Shown one piece after another: positions 28,246 to 35,892 of a stretch of DNA of 60,224 nucleotides. Origin of the DNA: Candidatus Methylomirabilia bacterium (GTDB lineage: Bacteria > Methylomirabilota > Methylomirabilia > Rokubacteriales > CSP1-6); assembly GCA_041493605.1 (NCBI GenBank), contig JBGPZD010000002.1, positions 1 through 60,224 of the forward strand, given 5' to 3'. The notes beneath the pieces are model-generated. The model had not been told where the DNA came from. It saw nothing but the letters and a program-made list of their open reading frames with translations, and did no database searches. Position numbers and translations under genes: made by a program. Within the stretch, counting starts at the first letter, position 1. The number at the start of each line of letters is the position of its first letter.

Positions 28246-29860
28246 GCCCGGCGTGACCACGTCAGCGCTGACGATGCCCGCCACGCTCAACGATCTCCTG
28301 GCGCGCCGGGTCGCCGAGGACCCCGACAAGCCCTACTTCCATCTCTACGACGAGACGGTCACCTACGGCCGCCTTTGGAAGGAGAGCGCCCGCTACGCGG
28401 CGGGGCTCAAGAAGTTCGGCGTCGGCCGGGGGGACAAGGTCTGTCTCATCTACCCGACGTGCGCCGAGTTCTTCTATACCTTCTTCGGCGCGCTCCGGCT
28501 GGGCGCCGTGCCGGTGCCGCTCTACCCGACGCTCGGCGTGGAGGCCACGGCCAACGTCTTCCGCGACTCCGAGGCCCGGGCCGTGGCGACCATCGGCTGG
28601 TTCCGCAAAGGCGTGGAAGAGTCCCAGTCCGCCGCCGCCAATATCCGCCACGTGCTGGAGCCCTCGGACCTCGAGGTGGACGACCGACCGCCCGCCTTCC
28701 CGACGGCCGCGCCCGAGGACCTGGCCTTCATCCAGTACACGTCGGGCAGCACGGGCCACCCGCGCGGCGTGGTCTTGAGCCACGCCAACGTCACGCGCAC
28801 CGTGGAGTTCATGGCCGAGGCGGCCCAGCTCACGCGGGAGGACATCGTCGTCTCCTGGCTGCCGCTCTACCACGACATGGGGCTGATCGGCTGCGCCTTC
28901 ACGCCACCTTGGAGCGGCACCCCGCTCTACCTGCTGCCGCCGGACCTCAAGTCCCCGCGCATCTGGCTCGAGCTGGTCACGCGCGTCCGGGCCACGTTCA
29001 CTGTGTCGCCCGACTTCGGGTACCGCAACTGCGTGCGGAACATCCACGACACGGCGGGGCTCGACCTCTCCTCGCTCAAACAGGCGCTCTCGGGGGCCGA
29101 GCCCATCCGGGCAAGCACCATCGAGGCCTTCGAGGCGAAGTTCGGGGTCCGCAACCTGATCACGCCGTGCTACGGGCTGGCCGAGGCGACCCTGGCCGTG
29201 GCCATCTGGCAGCGGAAGACTCCGCTGCGCTTCGAGAGCTCGGGGCGATTCCCGTCCGTCGGCCGTCCGTGCCGCGGCGTCGCGGTGCGCGTCATGGAGG
29301 GCGAGGCGGTGCTCAAGGCCGGAGTCGAAGGCGAGATCTGCGTCAACAGCCCCGGTGTCATGCAGGGCTATTACAACAACCCCGAGGCCACCCGGCGCGT
29401 GCTCTCCCCGGACGGCTGGCTGCGCACCGGGGATCAGGGCTTCCTGGACGCCGAGGGCTACCTCTTTATCACCGGACGGCTTAAGGATCTGATCATCCTC
29501 GGTGGCGAAAACGTCATTCCCGCCGACATCGAGGAGATCGTGGACCACGTTCCCGGCGTGCGTTATTCCGCCGCCGTCGGGATCGACAGCGAGCGCACCG
29601 GAAGCCAGCGGCTCTACGTGGTCGCCGAGGTGCGCGAGCAGGTCGCGGACGCCGCGGGCATGTCCCAGCTCGTCCGCGAGATCGTCCAGCGCGTGCACCA
29701 TGGGCGCGGCCACCGGCCGGCCAAGGTGCTGCTGGTCCAAGCCGGCACCATCCCCAAGACGTCGTCGGGCAAGATCCAGCGCTCCCGGCTCGGCCAGATG
29801 ATCGCACGCGACGAGATCGGCGAGCGCATCCTCTACGCCTCCGGCGCCCACCGCGACTAG
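28244..29860 (+). CDS. Fatty-acyl-AMP ligase / AMP-dependent synthetase family
   Basis: 538 aa. Contains YTSGSTGHPRGV, WLPLYHDMGL (FAAL-like), GWLRTGDQG and PKTSSGKIQR. The true start may be GTG 28253 or ATG 28274, because ATG 28244 overlaps a TAGAAT -10-like box. Confidence 0.85.
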   Translation: MPGVTTSALTMPATLNDLLARRVAEDPDKPYFHLYDETVTYGRLWKESARYAAGLKKFGVGRGDKVCLIYPTCAEFFYTFFGALRLGAVPVPLYPTLGVEATANVFRDSEARAVATIGWFRKGVEESQSAAANIRHVLEPSDLEVDDRPPAFPTAAPEDLAFIQYTSGSTGHPRGVVLSHANVTRTVEFMAEAAQLTREDIVVSWLPLYHDMGLIGCAFTPPWSGTPLYLLPPDLKSPRIWLELVTRVRATFTVSPDFGYRNCVRNIHDTAGLDLSSLKQALSGAEPIRASTIEAFEAKFGVRNLITPCYGLAEATLAVAIWQRKTPLRFESSGRFPSVGRPCRGVAVRVMEGEAVLKAGVEGEICVNSPGVMQGYYNNPEATRRVLSPDGWLRTGDQGFLDAEGYLFITGRLKDLIILGGENVIPADIEEIVDHVPGVRYSAAVGIDSERTGSQRLYVVAEVREQVADAAGMSQLVREIVQRVHHGRGHRPAKVLLVQAGTIPKTSSGKIQRSRLGQMIARDEIGERILYASGAHRD

Positions 29861-29882
29861 CCCCGCGGGAGCGCGCGCGGTC

Positions 29883-30800
29883 ATGATGTTCGGCTGCCAC
29901 CTTCCGATGTTCGGCCCCATCGCGACCCGCGAGAACGTGCTGGCGTTCGCTCGGCGCATGGAAGAGGTGGGCTACGAGTCGCTCTGGGCCAGTGACCACG
30001 TGGTGCTCCCCTATCGCATCGAGTCCCGCTATCCCTACAGCGACACCGGCGCGTTCCCGCTGCCGCCCGACACGAACTTCCTCGAACCGTTGACGACGCT
30101 GGCCCTCGTGGCCGCCGTCACCGAGCGCGTCGCCCTCGGGACCACCATCCTGGTGCTGCCGCACCGTCACCCGGTGCTGGCCGCGAAGATGCTGGCGACG
30201 CTCGACCATCTCTCGGACGGGCGGGTCATCCTGGGCGCCGGGGTCGGCTGGATGCGCGAGGAGATCGAGCTGCTGGGCGCCCCCTTCGACAAGCGCGGAG
30301 CCTGGTCGGACGAGGCCATCCGGATTATGCGCCGATGCTGGAGCGAGGGGCCCGCGCGGTACCAGGGGCAGTTCTTCTCCTTCGACGACATCGGCGTCTG
30401 CCCCAAGCCGCGCCGCGGGCAGATCCCGATCTGGATCGGCGGCCACACGCCCCGCGCGCTCCGGCGGGTCGCCGAGCTAGGGGACGGCTGGCACGCCGCC
30501 TACCCCTCGGTAGAGGCGCTCGAGCGCGGCATCGGCGAGCTGCGGAAAGAGTGCGCGCGCCGGCAGCGCCCCTTCGAGGAGCTGACGATTACGGTGAGAG
30601 CCGGTCTCTCCATCCGGAGCGCGCCCGTTGACGGCCCGCGCCGGCCGCTCATCGGCTCGCCCGAGCAGATCGGGGACGACCTGCGCCGCTACGCGGACCT
30701 CGGGGTGGACACCGTGCTGCTGGAGGCGCGTTACCGGGACCTGGACGACACGATCGGCATCTTCGAGGCTTTCGCGCGCGATATCCGCCCCAGGATGTAG
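29883..30800 (+). CDS. LLM-class (luciferase-like) F420-dependent oxidoreductase
   Basis: 305 aa. SLWASDHVV, LDHLSDGRVILGAGVGW and IPIWIGGHTPRALRRVAELGDGW are typical of the LLM F420 subfamily. Confidence 0.85.
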   Translation: MMFGCHLPMFGPIATRENVLAFARRMEEVGYESLWASDHVVLPYRIESRYPYSDTGAFPLPPDTNFLEPLTTLALVAAVTERVALGTTILVLPHRHPVLAAKMLATLDHLSDGRVILGAGVGWMREEIELLGAPFDKRGAWSDEAIRIMRRCWSEGPARYQGQFFSFDDIGVCPKPRRGQIPIWIGGHTPRALRRVAELGDGWHAAYPSVEALERGIGELRKECARRQRPFEELTITVRAGLSIRSAPVDGPRRPLIGSPEQIGDDLRRYADLGVDTVLLEARYRDLDDTIGIFEAFARDIRPRM

Positions 30801-30810
30801 GGCCGCCCGC

Positions 30811-31545
30811 TCACTCGGCGTTGTGGAAGATGACGCCCAAGCTGTAGCGCTGGCCGGCGACGATGCGACTGACCCCGTGGCGCATGGTGGCGCGGAAATA
30901 GCCCTTGGCGCCGCGGGCCGGCCGCTCCCGCGTCGCGAACATGACCGCCTCCCCCTGTTCGAGCAGCACGACCTCGGCGCGCGACTGGGCCCGCGGCCGC
31001 TGCTCGACCAGGAGAAATTCCCCGCCGGCGTAGTCCAACTCCCGTCGGCTGAGCGCGCAGGTGACCTGCAGCGGGAAGACGACCTCGCCGTAGAGGTCCT
31101 GGTGCAGGCAGTTGTAGCCTCCAGCCCCGTATTGGAGCATGAGCGGGGTGGGCTTGGTCTGGCCGCGCTCGGCGCACACGGCCAGCAGGCTGTCCAGATC
31201 GCCCGGGTGGCGCACCTGCCGGCCCAGGGCCCGCTCCCAGCTGTTGGCGATGACGGCGAGCGGCGGATAGGCGTGGCGGCGCAGGGCCTCGACCACGGGC
31301 GGCAGCGGCTCGGCGAAGTACTTGTACTCGCCGGCCCCGAAGCGGAAGCGCGCCATGTCGACGCGGCTGCGAAAGCGCCGGCTGTCCGGGTAGAGGCCGA
31401 CGAGCTCCGCGCACTCCTCGGGCGTGAGGATCGCCGGGGTCTTGGCCCAGCCCCAGTCCCAGAGCGAGCGCTCGATCGCCTCCCAATCGAGCCGGGCGAG
31501 CCGCTCGGTGACGGACAGGGGGCGGGTCAGGCTGCGGGCTTGCAT
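30811..31545 (-). CDS. 2OG-Fe(II) oxygenase family protein
   Basis: 244 aa. HxD in CLHQDLYGE, a distal His in RHGVSRI, and RYSLGVIFH (2OG-binding Arg). Confidence 0.75.
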   Translation of the reverse strand: MQARSLTRPLSVTERLARLDWEAIERSLWDWGWAKTPAILTPEECAELVGLYPDSRRFRSRVDMARFRFGAGEYKYFAEPLPPVVEALRRHAYPPLAVIANSWERALGRQVRHPGDLDSLLAVCAERGQTKPTPLMLQYGAGGYNCLHQDLYGEVVFPLQVTCALSRRELDYAGGEFLLVEQRPRAQSRAEVVLLEQGEAVMFATRERPARGAKGYFRATMRHGVSRIVAGQRYSLGVIFHNAE

Positions 31546-32249
31546 ACCTTGCAGGGACGGTACCCCACCGAGCGGGCGTCTTCAACCGAAGCGAATACGA
31601 CGCGGTTCTCCGACTTCATGTGGCGCCCGTGGATGCACCCCACCCGACAGACGATCCGGGTGCTGGTGCAGCCTTCGAGCACCGGCGTCGTCCGCTCGAG
31701 GGCCAGCAGCCGGCTCTTGACGCCCACGCCGAAGAGATAACCCCCCAGCCCGCCGTCGCTGCGCCACACGCGGTGACACGGCACGATGAGCGGGACGGGA
31801 TTGCGCCCCAGCGCCGTGCCGACCGCTCGAACGGCACGCGGGCTGCCGATCCGCTCGGCCACCCAGGCGTAGGGCCGGGCCTCGCCAAAGGGAATCCGGC
31901 GGGCCGTCTCCAGCACGCGCCGCTGGAAGTCGGGCACGCTCGAGAGGTCCACGGGCACCGAGAAGAAGGCGCGCTTGCCGCCCAGGTACTCCACCAGCTC
32001 TTCCCGCGCCCGGTCCGCCAGCCGGCGGGCCGCCGCGGTCGCCGGTCTTTCGACGCGCCCGGGACGGATGAGGCAGACGCCACGTGCCGTGGCCTGGATG
32101 CCGAGCCGCTTCTCGAGCTTCAACAGCTCGTCCTCGACCTCGTGCGCCCCGCGGGCGATGCGCCGGGCCAGGTCCGGTGGCGCCTCCGCCGGGCGGAAGT
32201 AGTCGGTGAGAAGGTTGTCCAGCCGGTCCTGCGTCTTGCCGTCAGTCAT
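31527..32249 (-). CDS. ogt: Methylated-DNA--protein-cysteine methyltransferase (Ogt) with C-terminal Ada-type Zn-binding domain
   Basis: 240 aa. The PCHRV active site occurs in LIVPCHRVWRSDGGLGGY. The C-terminal VCRVGC..NRVVFASVEDARSVGYRPCKVCKP matches the four-Cys Ada N-terminal domain pattern FCRPSC..N..F..A...GFRPCKRC.P. Confidence 0.85.
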   Translation of the reverse strand: MTDGKTQDRLDNLLTDYFRPAEAPPDLARRIARGAHEVEDELLKLEKRLGIQATARGVCLIRPGRVERPATAAARRLADRAREELVEYLGGKRAFFSVPVDLSSVPDFQRRVLETARRIPFGEARPYAWVAERIGSPRAVRAVGTALGRNPVPLIVPCHRVWRSDGGLGGYLFGVGVKSRLLALERTTPVLEGCTSTRIVCRVGCIHGRHMKSENRVVFASVEDARSVGYRPCKVCKPAA

Positions 32250-32784
32250 GATTGGCTCCCCGTCGGCCGAGCTCGGCCCGCAGCAGCGACTTGCCGCGCG
32301 CCAGCTGGCTCTTGACCGTGTTGATCGAGATACCGCGGATCTTCGCCAGTTCCCCGTAGGAAAGCCCGTTCACGTAGCGCAGGGCCAGCAGCACCCGCGC
32401 TTCCCGCGGCACGCGCTCGAGCGCCCGGTGGAGGTCCATGTAAGCGCCCGGCGGCCGGTGGTTGGCGGAGGCCTGCAGCAGGGCCACCGGGGCCGAGCGC
32501 TCCGCGTGGGCCGCCCGCGTCCCCCGCCGGCGCAGCTCGTCCACGCAGACATTGGTGAGGATGCGGTAGAGCCAGGTGGAGACGGCCCACTGCGGCCGAT
32601 AGCCAGGGGCGCCGGTATAGCACTGCAGCAGGGCGCGCTGGACGGCGTCCTCGGCGTCAGCGCGGGAGCCGAGCAGCCGCCCGGCCACCGCCATCAACCG
32701 GCCGCCGAAGTGCTGGGCCAGCTCGGCGAAGGCCGCCTGATCGCCCTTGGCCACCCGCTGCATCAGCCTCCGATCCGTCTTCAT
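32242..32784 (-). CDS. ECF-type RNA polymerase sigma-70 factor
   Basis: 180 aa. Sigma2 region (DAEDAVQRALLQ..WLYRILTNVCVDELRRR) and sigma4 HTH (LSYGELAKIRGISINTVKSQLARG). Confidence 0.9.
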   Translation of the reverse strand: MKTDRRLMQRVAKGDQAAFAELAQHFGGRLMAVAGRLLGSRADAEDAVQRALLQCYTGAPGYRPQWAVSTWLYRILTNVCVDELRRRGTRAAHAERSAPVALLQASANHRPPGAYMDLHRALERVPREARVLLALRYVNGLSYGELAKIRGISINTVKSQLARGKSLLRAELGRRGANHD

Positions 32785-33003
32785 GGCTCACCCAGTTATA
32801 CGGCCAGCGGGATGAAACGGGTGGAGCAGTGCGGGACGAGAGAAACAGGTCGGTGGGGCGGATGGGGCTTCGCGGGAGGCGCCGGCCAGGGCGGGCCGGC
32901 GAGCGGTGTGGGGCGTCGGGGCCGGGGATGCCCCCCGAGACCCCTTGCAGTCGTCGACGGTGGTCGAGTGGGGGCGCCCCGGCCCCGGTGCCCCAAGACG
33001 CCG

Positions 33004-33654
33004 CTAGATCTTCGCGCCGGACTTGTTCCAGTCGTCGAGGAACTTCTTCAGCCCGATGTCCGTCAGCGGATGCTTCATCAACATCTCCAGCACGTTGAAG
33101 GGCATGGTCGCCACGTGCGCGCCCGCCTTGGCCGCGTCCACCACATGCAGCGGGTTGCGGATCGAGGCCGCCAGCACCTGGGTCTTGAAGCCGTAGTTGC
33201 CGTAGATCTGGCAGATGTCGCGAATCAGGTCCATGCCGATGGCGCCGATGTCGTCGAGGCGCCCCAGGAAGGGGCTGATGTAGTAGGCCCCGGCCTTGGC
33301 CGAGAGCAGGGCCTGGGGGGCCGAGAAGCAGAGGGTCTGATTCACGCGGATCCCCTGCCCGCTCAGGTGCTTCACTGCCTTGAGCCCGTCCTTGGTGAGC
33401 GGGCACTTGACGACCACGTTCTTCGCCACCTGGGCCAGCTCCTTGCCCTCCTTGACCATGCCCTCGAAGTCCGTCGCCACGACCTCGAGGCTCACGTCGC
33501 CCGGGACGATGGAGCAGATCTCCTCCACCAGCGGCCGGAACGGCCGCTTCTCCTTGGCGATCAGGGACGGGTTGGTGGTGCAGCCGTCCACGAGTCCCAT
33601 GGCCACGCCCTCGCGCAGCTCGGTGACGCTGGCCGTATCGAGAAAGATCTTCAT
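33004..33654 (-). CDS. tal: Transaldolase type 3B / fructose-6-phosphate aldolase family
   Basis: 216 aa. Contains [30 protein letters not shown] (Schiff-base Lys) and [10 protein letters not shown]. Confidence 0.92.
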   Translation of the reverse strand: MKIFLDTASVTELREGVAMGLVDGCTTNPSLIAKEKRPFRPLVEEICSIVPGDVSLEVVATDFEGMVKEGKELAQVAKNVVVKCPLTKDGLKAVKHLSGQGIRVNQTLCFSAPQALLSAKAGAYYISPFLGRLDDIGAIGMDLIRDICQIYGNYGFKTQVLAASIRNPLHVVDAAKAGAHVATMPFNVLEMLMKHPLTDIGLKKFLDDWNKSGAKI

Positions 33655-33715
33655 GGATGTCTCCTCATGCCCGCTCCGCCGTGAGCTTCGTCCCAGCCAT
33701 CAGGGTCAGTGTAGT

Positions 33716-33733
33716 CCCGGCCTCGCGGCCGGG
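33716..33733 (-). terminator. Hairpin CCCGGCC-TCGC-GGCCGGG, 15 nt downstream of the PfkB kinase stop
   Basis: 7-bp GC stem with a 4-nt loop and no U-tract. Function uncertain. Confidence 0.3.
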
Positions 33734-33748
33734 CAAGACGCCACGCGC

Positions 33749-34594
33749 TCAGCCGCCGCGGCGCCGGCGGTAGGCGGCCAGCCGCGCCTCACGCGCCCCG
33801 CGATCGGGGATCCCGGCGGCGCCTTTGGCCTCGACGGACGCCGCCGCGGCGCAGGCCGCCGCTTCCGCGGCCTCCCAGGGATTGCCCTCGCGGTGGTATT
33901 CGACCAGCAGCACGGCGGCGAACACGTCGCCGGCCCCGGTTGGGTCGACCTCGCGTGCCGGATCCGGCTCGACGTGGTAGCGCTCACCGTTGACGAAGAG
34001 GATCGCTCCCCGGCGGCCCTGGGTCACCGCGCCCACCGGGACGCGCTCGAACCAGTCGAACGCCGCCTTCTCGAACGGCTCGATGTCCTCGTCGCTCACG
34101 ACGACCACCTGGGCCTGGGGCAGCACCAGACCCGCGTCCTCCCAGGTCTGGGAGGTGATGGCGCCGGCCGGTCCCCGCCGGCGCATCCAGCCCTGGGGCA
34201 CCATCCCGACCGAGCCCTCGGGGAAGGCAGCCGCGATGGCCGGATCCACCTCACTGACGATCGGGCCGAGCAGGGCGAGCGGCGCCTGATGCCACTCGGC
34301 CGGCAGCCGGCCGGCCTCGAGATCGCTGGCGCGGGTATGAAGGATGAGCTGCCGGCCCTTGGGCGTCGCCTGGAGCTCGTAGATCGTCGTGCGGTCCGAG
34401 GGGATGTTGACGACCTCGATGCCAGCCGGCAGGGCGTCGGGCGGAAAGTCTGGGCCGAAGGAGGTCAACACGCCCACGCGAAGCCCCAGGCGGTGGGCCG
34501 TGACCGCGGCGTAATACGCGGAGCCTCCCGGCCGGACGCCCCCGGCCGTCCGGTCGAGCGTCACGTGACCGACGGCGACGAAGTCGGGGATCAC
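33749..34594 (-). CDS. PfkB-family carbohydrate kinase
   Basis: 281 aa. N-terminal VGHVTLD..GGSAYYAA and C-terminal DPTGAGDVFAA (PfkB signature 2). Confidence 0.8.
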   Translation of the reverse strand: MIPDFVAVGHVTLDRTAGGVRPGGSAYYAAVTAHRLGLRVGVLTSFGPDFPPDALPAGIEVVNIPSDRTTIYELQATPKGRQLILHTRASDLEAGRLPAEWHQAPLALLGPIVSEVDPAIAAAFPEGSVGMVPQGWMRRRGPAGAITSQTWEDAGLVLPQAQVVVVSDEDIEPFEKAAFDWFERVPVGAVTQGRRGAILFVNGERYHVEPDPAREVDPTGAGDVFAAVLLVEYHREGNPWEAAEAAACAAAASVEAKGAAGIPDRGAREARLAAYRRRRGG

Positions 34595-34601
34595 GTCAGA
34601 C

Positions 34602-35855
34602 CTAGAGATTCATCTGCTTGGCGATGATCTCCTTCATGATCTCGGAGGTGCCGCCGCCGATGGTCAGCAGGCGGATGTCACGGAAGAAGCGCTCGATGGG
34701 GTACTCGCGCATGTAGCCGTAGCCGCCGTGGAGCTGGACGCAATCGTAGGCGACCTTCTGAGCCATCTCCCCGGCGAAGAGCTTCACCATGGAGATCTCC
34801 TTGACCGCCTCCTCGCCAGCCTGGAATTTGAGGCAGGCGGCGTAGGTGAGCCAGCGGGTCGCCTCGATGAGGGTGGCCAGGTCGGCCAGCTTGTGACGCA
34901 CGACCTGCTTGTCCGACAGCGGCCCGTCGAAGGCGTGGCGCTGCTTCACGTAGGCGATGGTGTCCTCCAGCGCCCGCTCGCAGCCGGCCACCGCGTGGAG
35001 CCCGGCGACCAGCCGCTCTCGCTGGAACACGCGCATCACCTCGTAGAAGCCCACGCCCTCCCGCCCGAGCAGGTTCTCGGCCGGCACCCGCATGTCCTGG
35101 AAGGCCAGCTCGGCGGTGTCCGAGGCGCGGTTGCCCATCTTGTCGAGCTTGCGGCTCACGGTGAAGCCCGGCGTCTCCCGCTCGACCAGGAACATCGAGA
35201 TGCCCTTGTGGCGCTGGGCGCCGCGACCATCGGCTGGCTCAGTTATTGATCCGCTCACCTCGCCTCCGGCTGCGGCTCGCCCACTTACTGATCCGCTCAC
35301 CTCGCCTCCGGCTGCGGCTCGCCCTCCAATGCGCGCGGCCACGAAGAAGACGTCGGCCATGACGCCGTTGGTGATGAACATCTTGGAGCCGTTCAGCACG
35401 TAGTGGCCGCCGTCCCGGACGGCGCGGGTCCGGATGGCGGCCACGTCGGAGCCGCCGCCGGGCTCGGTGACCGCGATGGCGGTGAGCCGTTCGCCCTTGC
35501 AGATTCCCGGCAGGTACTTCTCCTTGAGCGCCTCGCTGCCCGTCCAGTAGAGGTGGGGCGAGGCCATGTCGGTGTGGACCCCGAGCGCCATGGCGAAGGC
35601 GGCGCAGCGGGAGCGCGCCGCCTCCTCGCAGAGCACGGCTGTGCTGAGGAAGTCCGCACCGGCACCGCCGTACTTTTCGTCGTATTCCACGCCCAGGAAG
35701 CCCAGCTCGCCCATGCGGGGCCAGATGGCCTTGGGGATCTGCCCCGCCTGCTCCCACTCCTCGATATGGGGCTCGACCTCCTTTTGGACGAAGCTCCGCA
35801 CCGCCTGCCGGAACATCTCGTGCTGCTCGTTGAAGATTTTCACTGCGCCCCTCAC
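34602..35855 (-). CDS. Acyl-CoA dehydrogenase carrying an in-frame duplicated 14-aa insertion
   Basis: 417 aa. Contains TEPGGGSD, FITNG, KGISMFLVE, QLHGGYGYMREYPIERFFRD and GGGTSEIM. An extra segment RAAAGGEVSGSVSG-RAAAGGEVSGSITE sits before the KGIS loop. Confidence 0.9.
   Translation of the reverse strand: MRGAVKIFNEQHEMFRQAVRSFVQKEVEPHIEEWEQAGQIPKAIWPRMGELGFLGVEYDEKYGGAGADFLSTAVLCEEAARSRCAAFAMALGVHTDMASPHLYWTGSEALKEKYLPGICKGERLTAIAVTEPGGGSDVAAIRTRAVRDGGHYVLNGSKMFITNGVMADVFFVAARIGGRAAAGGEVSGSVSGRAAAGGEVSGSITEPADGRGAQRHKGISMFLVERETPGFTVSRKLDKMGNRASDTAELAFQDMRVPAENLLGREGVGFYEVMRVFQRERLVAGLHAVAGCERALEDTIAYVKQRHAFDGPLSDKQVVRHKLADLATLIEATRWLTYAACLKFQAGEEAVKEISMVKLFAGEMAQKVAYDCVQLHGGYGYMREYPIERFFRDIRLLTIGGGTSEIMKEIIAKQMNL
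35247..35330 (-). repeat. Two tandem 42-nt units (first 36 nt identical) in frame within the acyl-CoA dehydrogenase gene
   Basis: TGATCCGCTCACCTCGCCTCCGGCTGCGGCTCGCCC occurs at 35247-35282 and again at 35289-35324. Confidence 0.9.
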
Positions 35856-35859
35856 CCTG

Positions 35860-35884
35860 CCCTCTCCCCCTGCGGGGGAGAGGG
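35860..35884. repeat. REP-like hairpin CCCTCTCCCCC-TGC-GGGGGAGAGGG
   Basis: Perfect 11-bp stem with a 3-nt loop, in the 37-nt gap between the PaaK-like stop and the ACAD start. Its CTCTCC/GGAGAG arms resemble those at 10281-10300. Confidence 0.6.
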
Positions 35885-35892
35885 AGCCTGTA

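Noticed and set aside
28244-28252. ATG 28244 as the start of the acyl-AMP ligase gene.
   Set aside because: This ATG overlaps the TAGAAT -10-like hexamer (28240-28245). GTG 28253 (leaderless) or ATG 28274 (MPATLNDLL, the usual family N-terminus) is more plausible. The feature keeps the maximal ORF coordinates.
27187-28329. Upstream 381 codons of the 881-aa minus-strand ORF 25684..28329.
   Set aside because: This part is antisense to the well-supported PIG-L deacetylase gene (27472..28173). The real gene starts at ATG 27186, coupled to a separate small ORF in another frame.
32889-32927. Cluster of G-tracts (GGG-C-GGG...GGGG-CGTC-GGGG-CC-GGGG) in the 219-nt gap upstream of the ECF sigma gene, considered as a possible G-quadruplex or regulatory element.
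   Set aside because: Only three closely spaced G4-competent tracts occur, and the fourth requires a 14-nt loop. Such runs are common in DNA of this GC content. I could not identify a convincing ECF-type -35/-10 pair here either.
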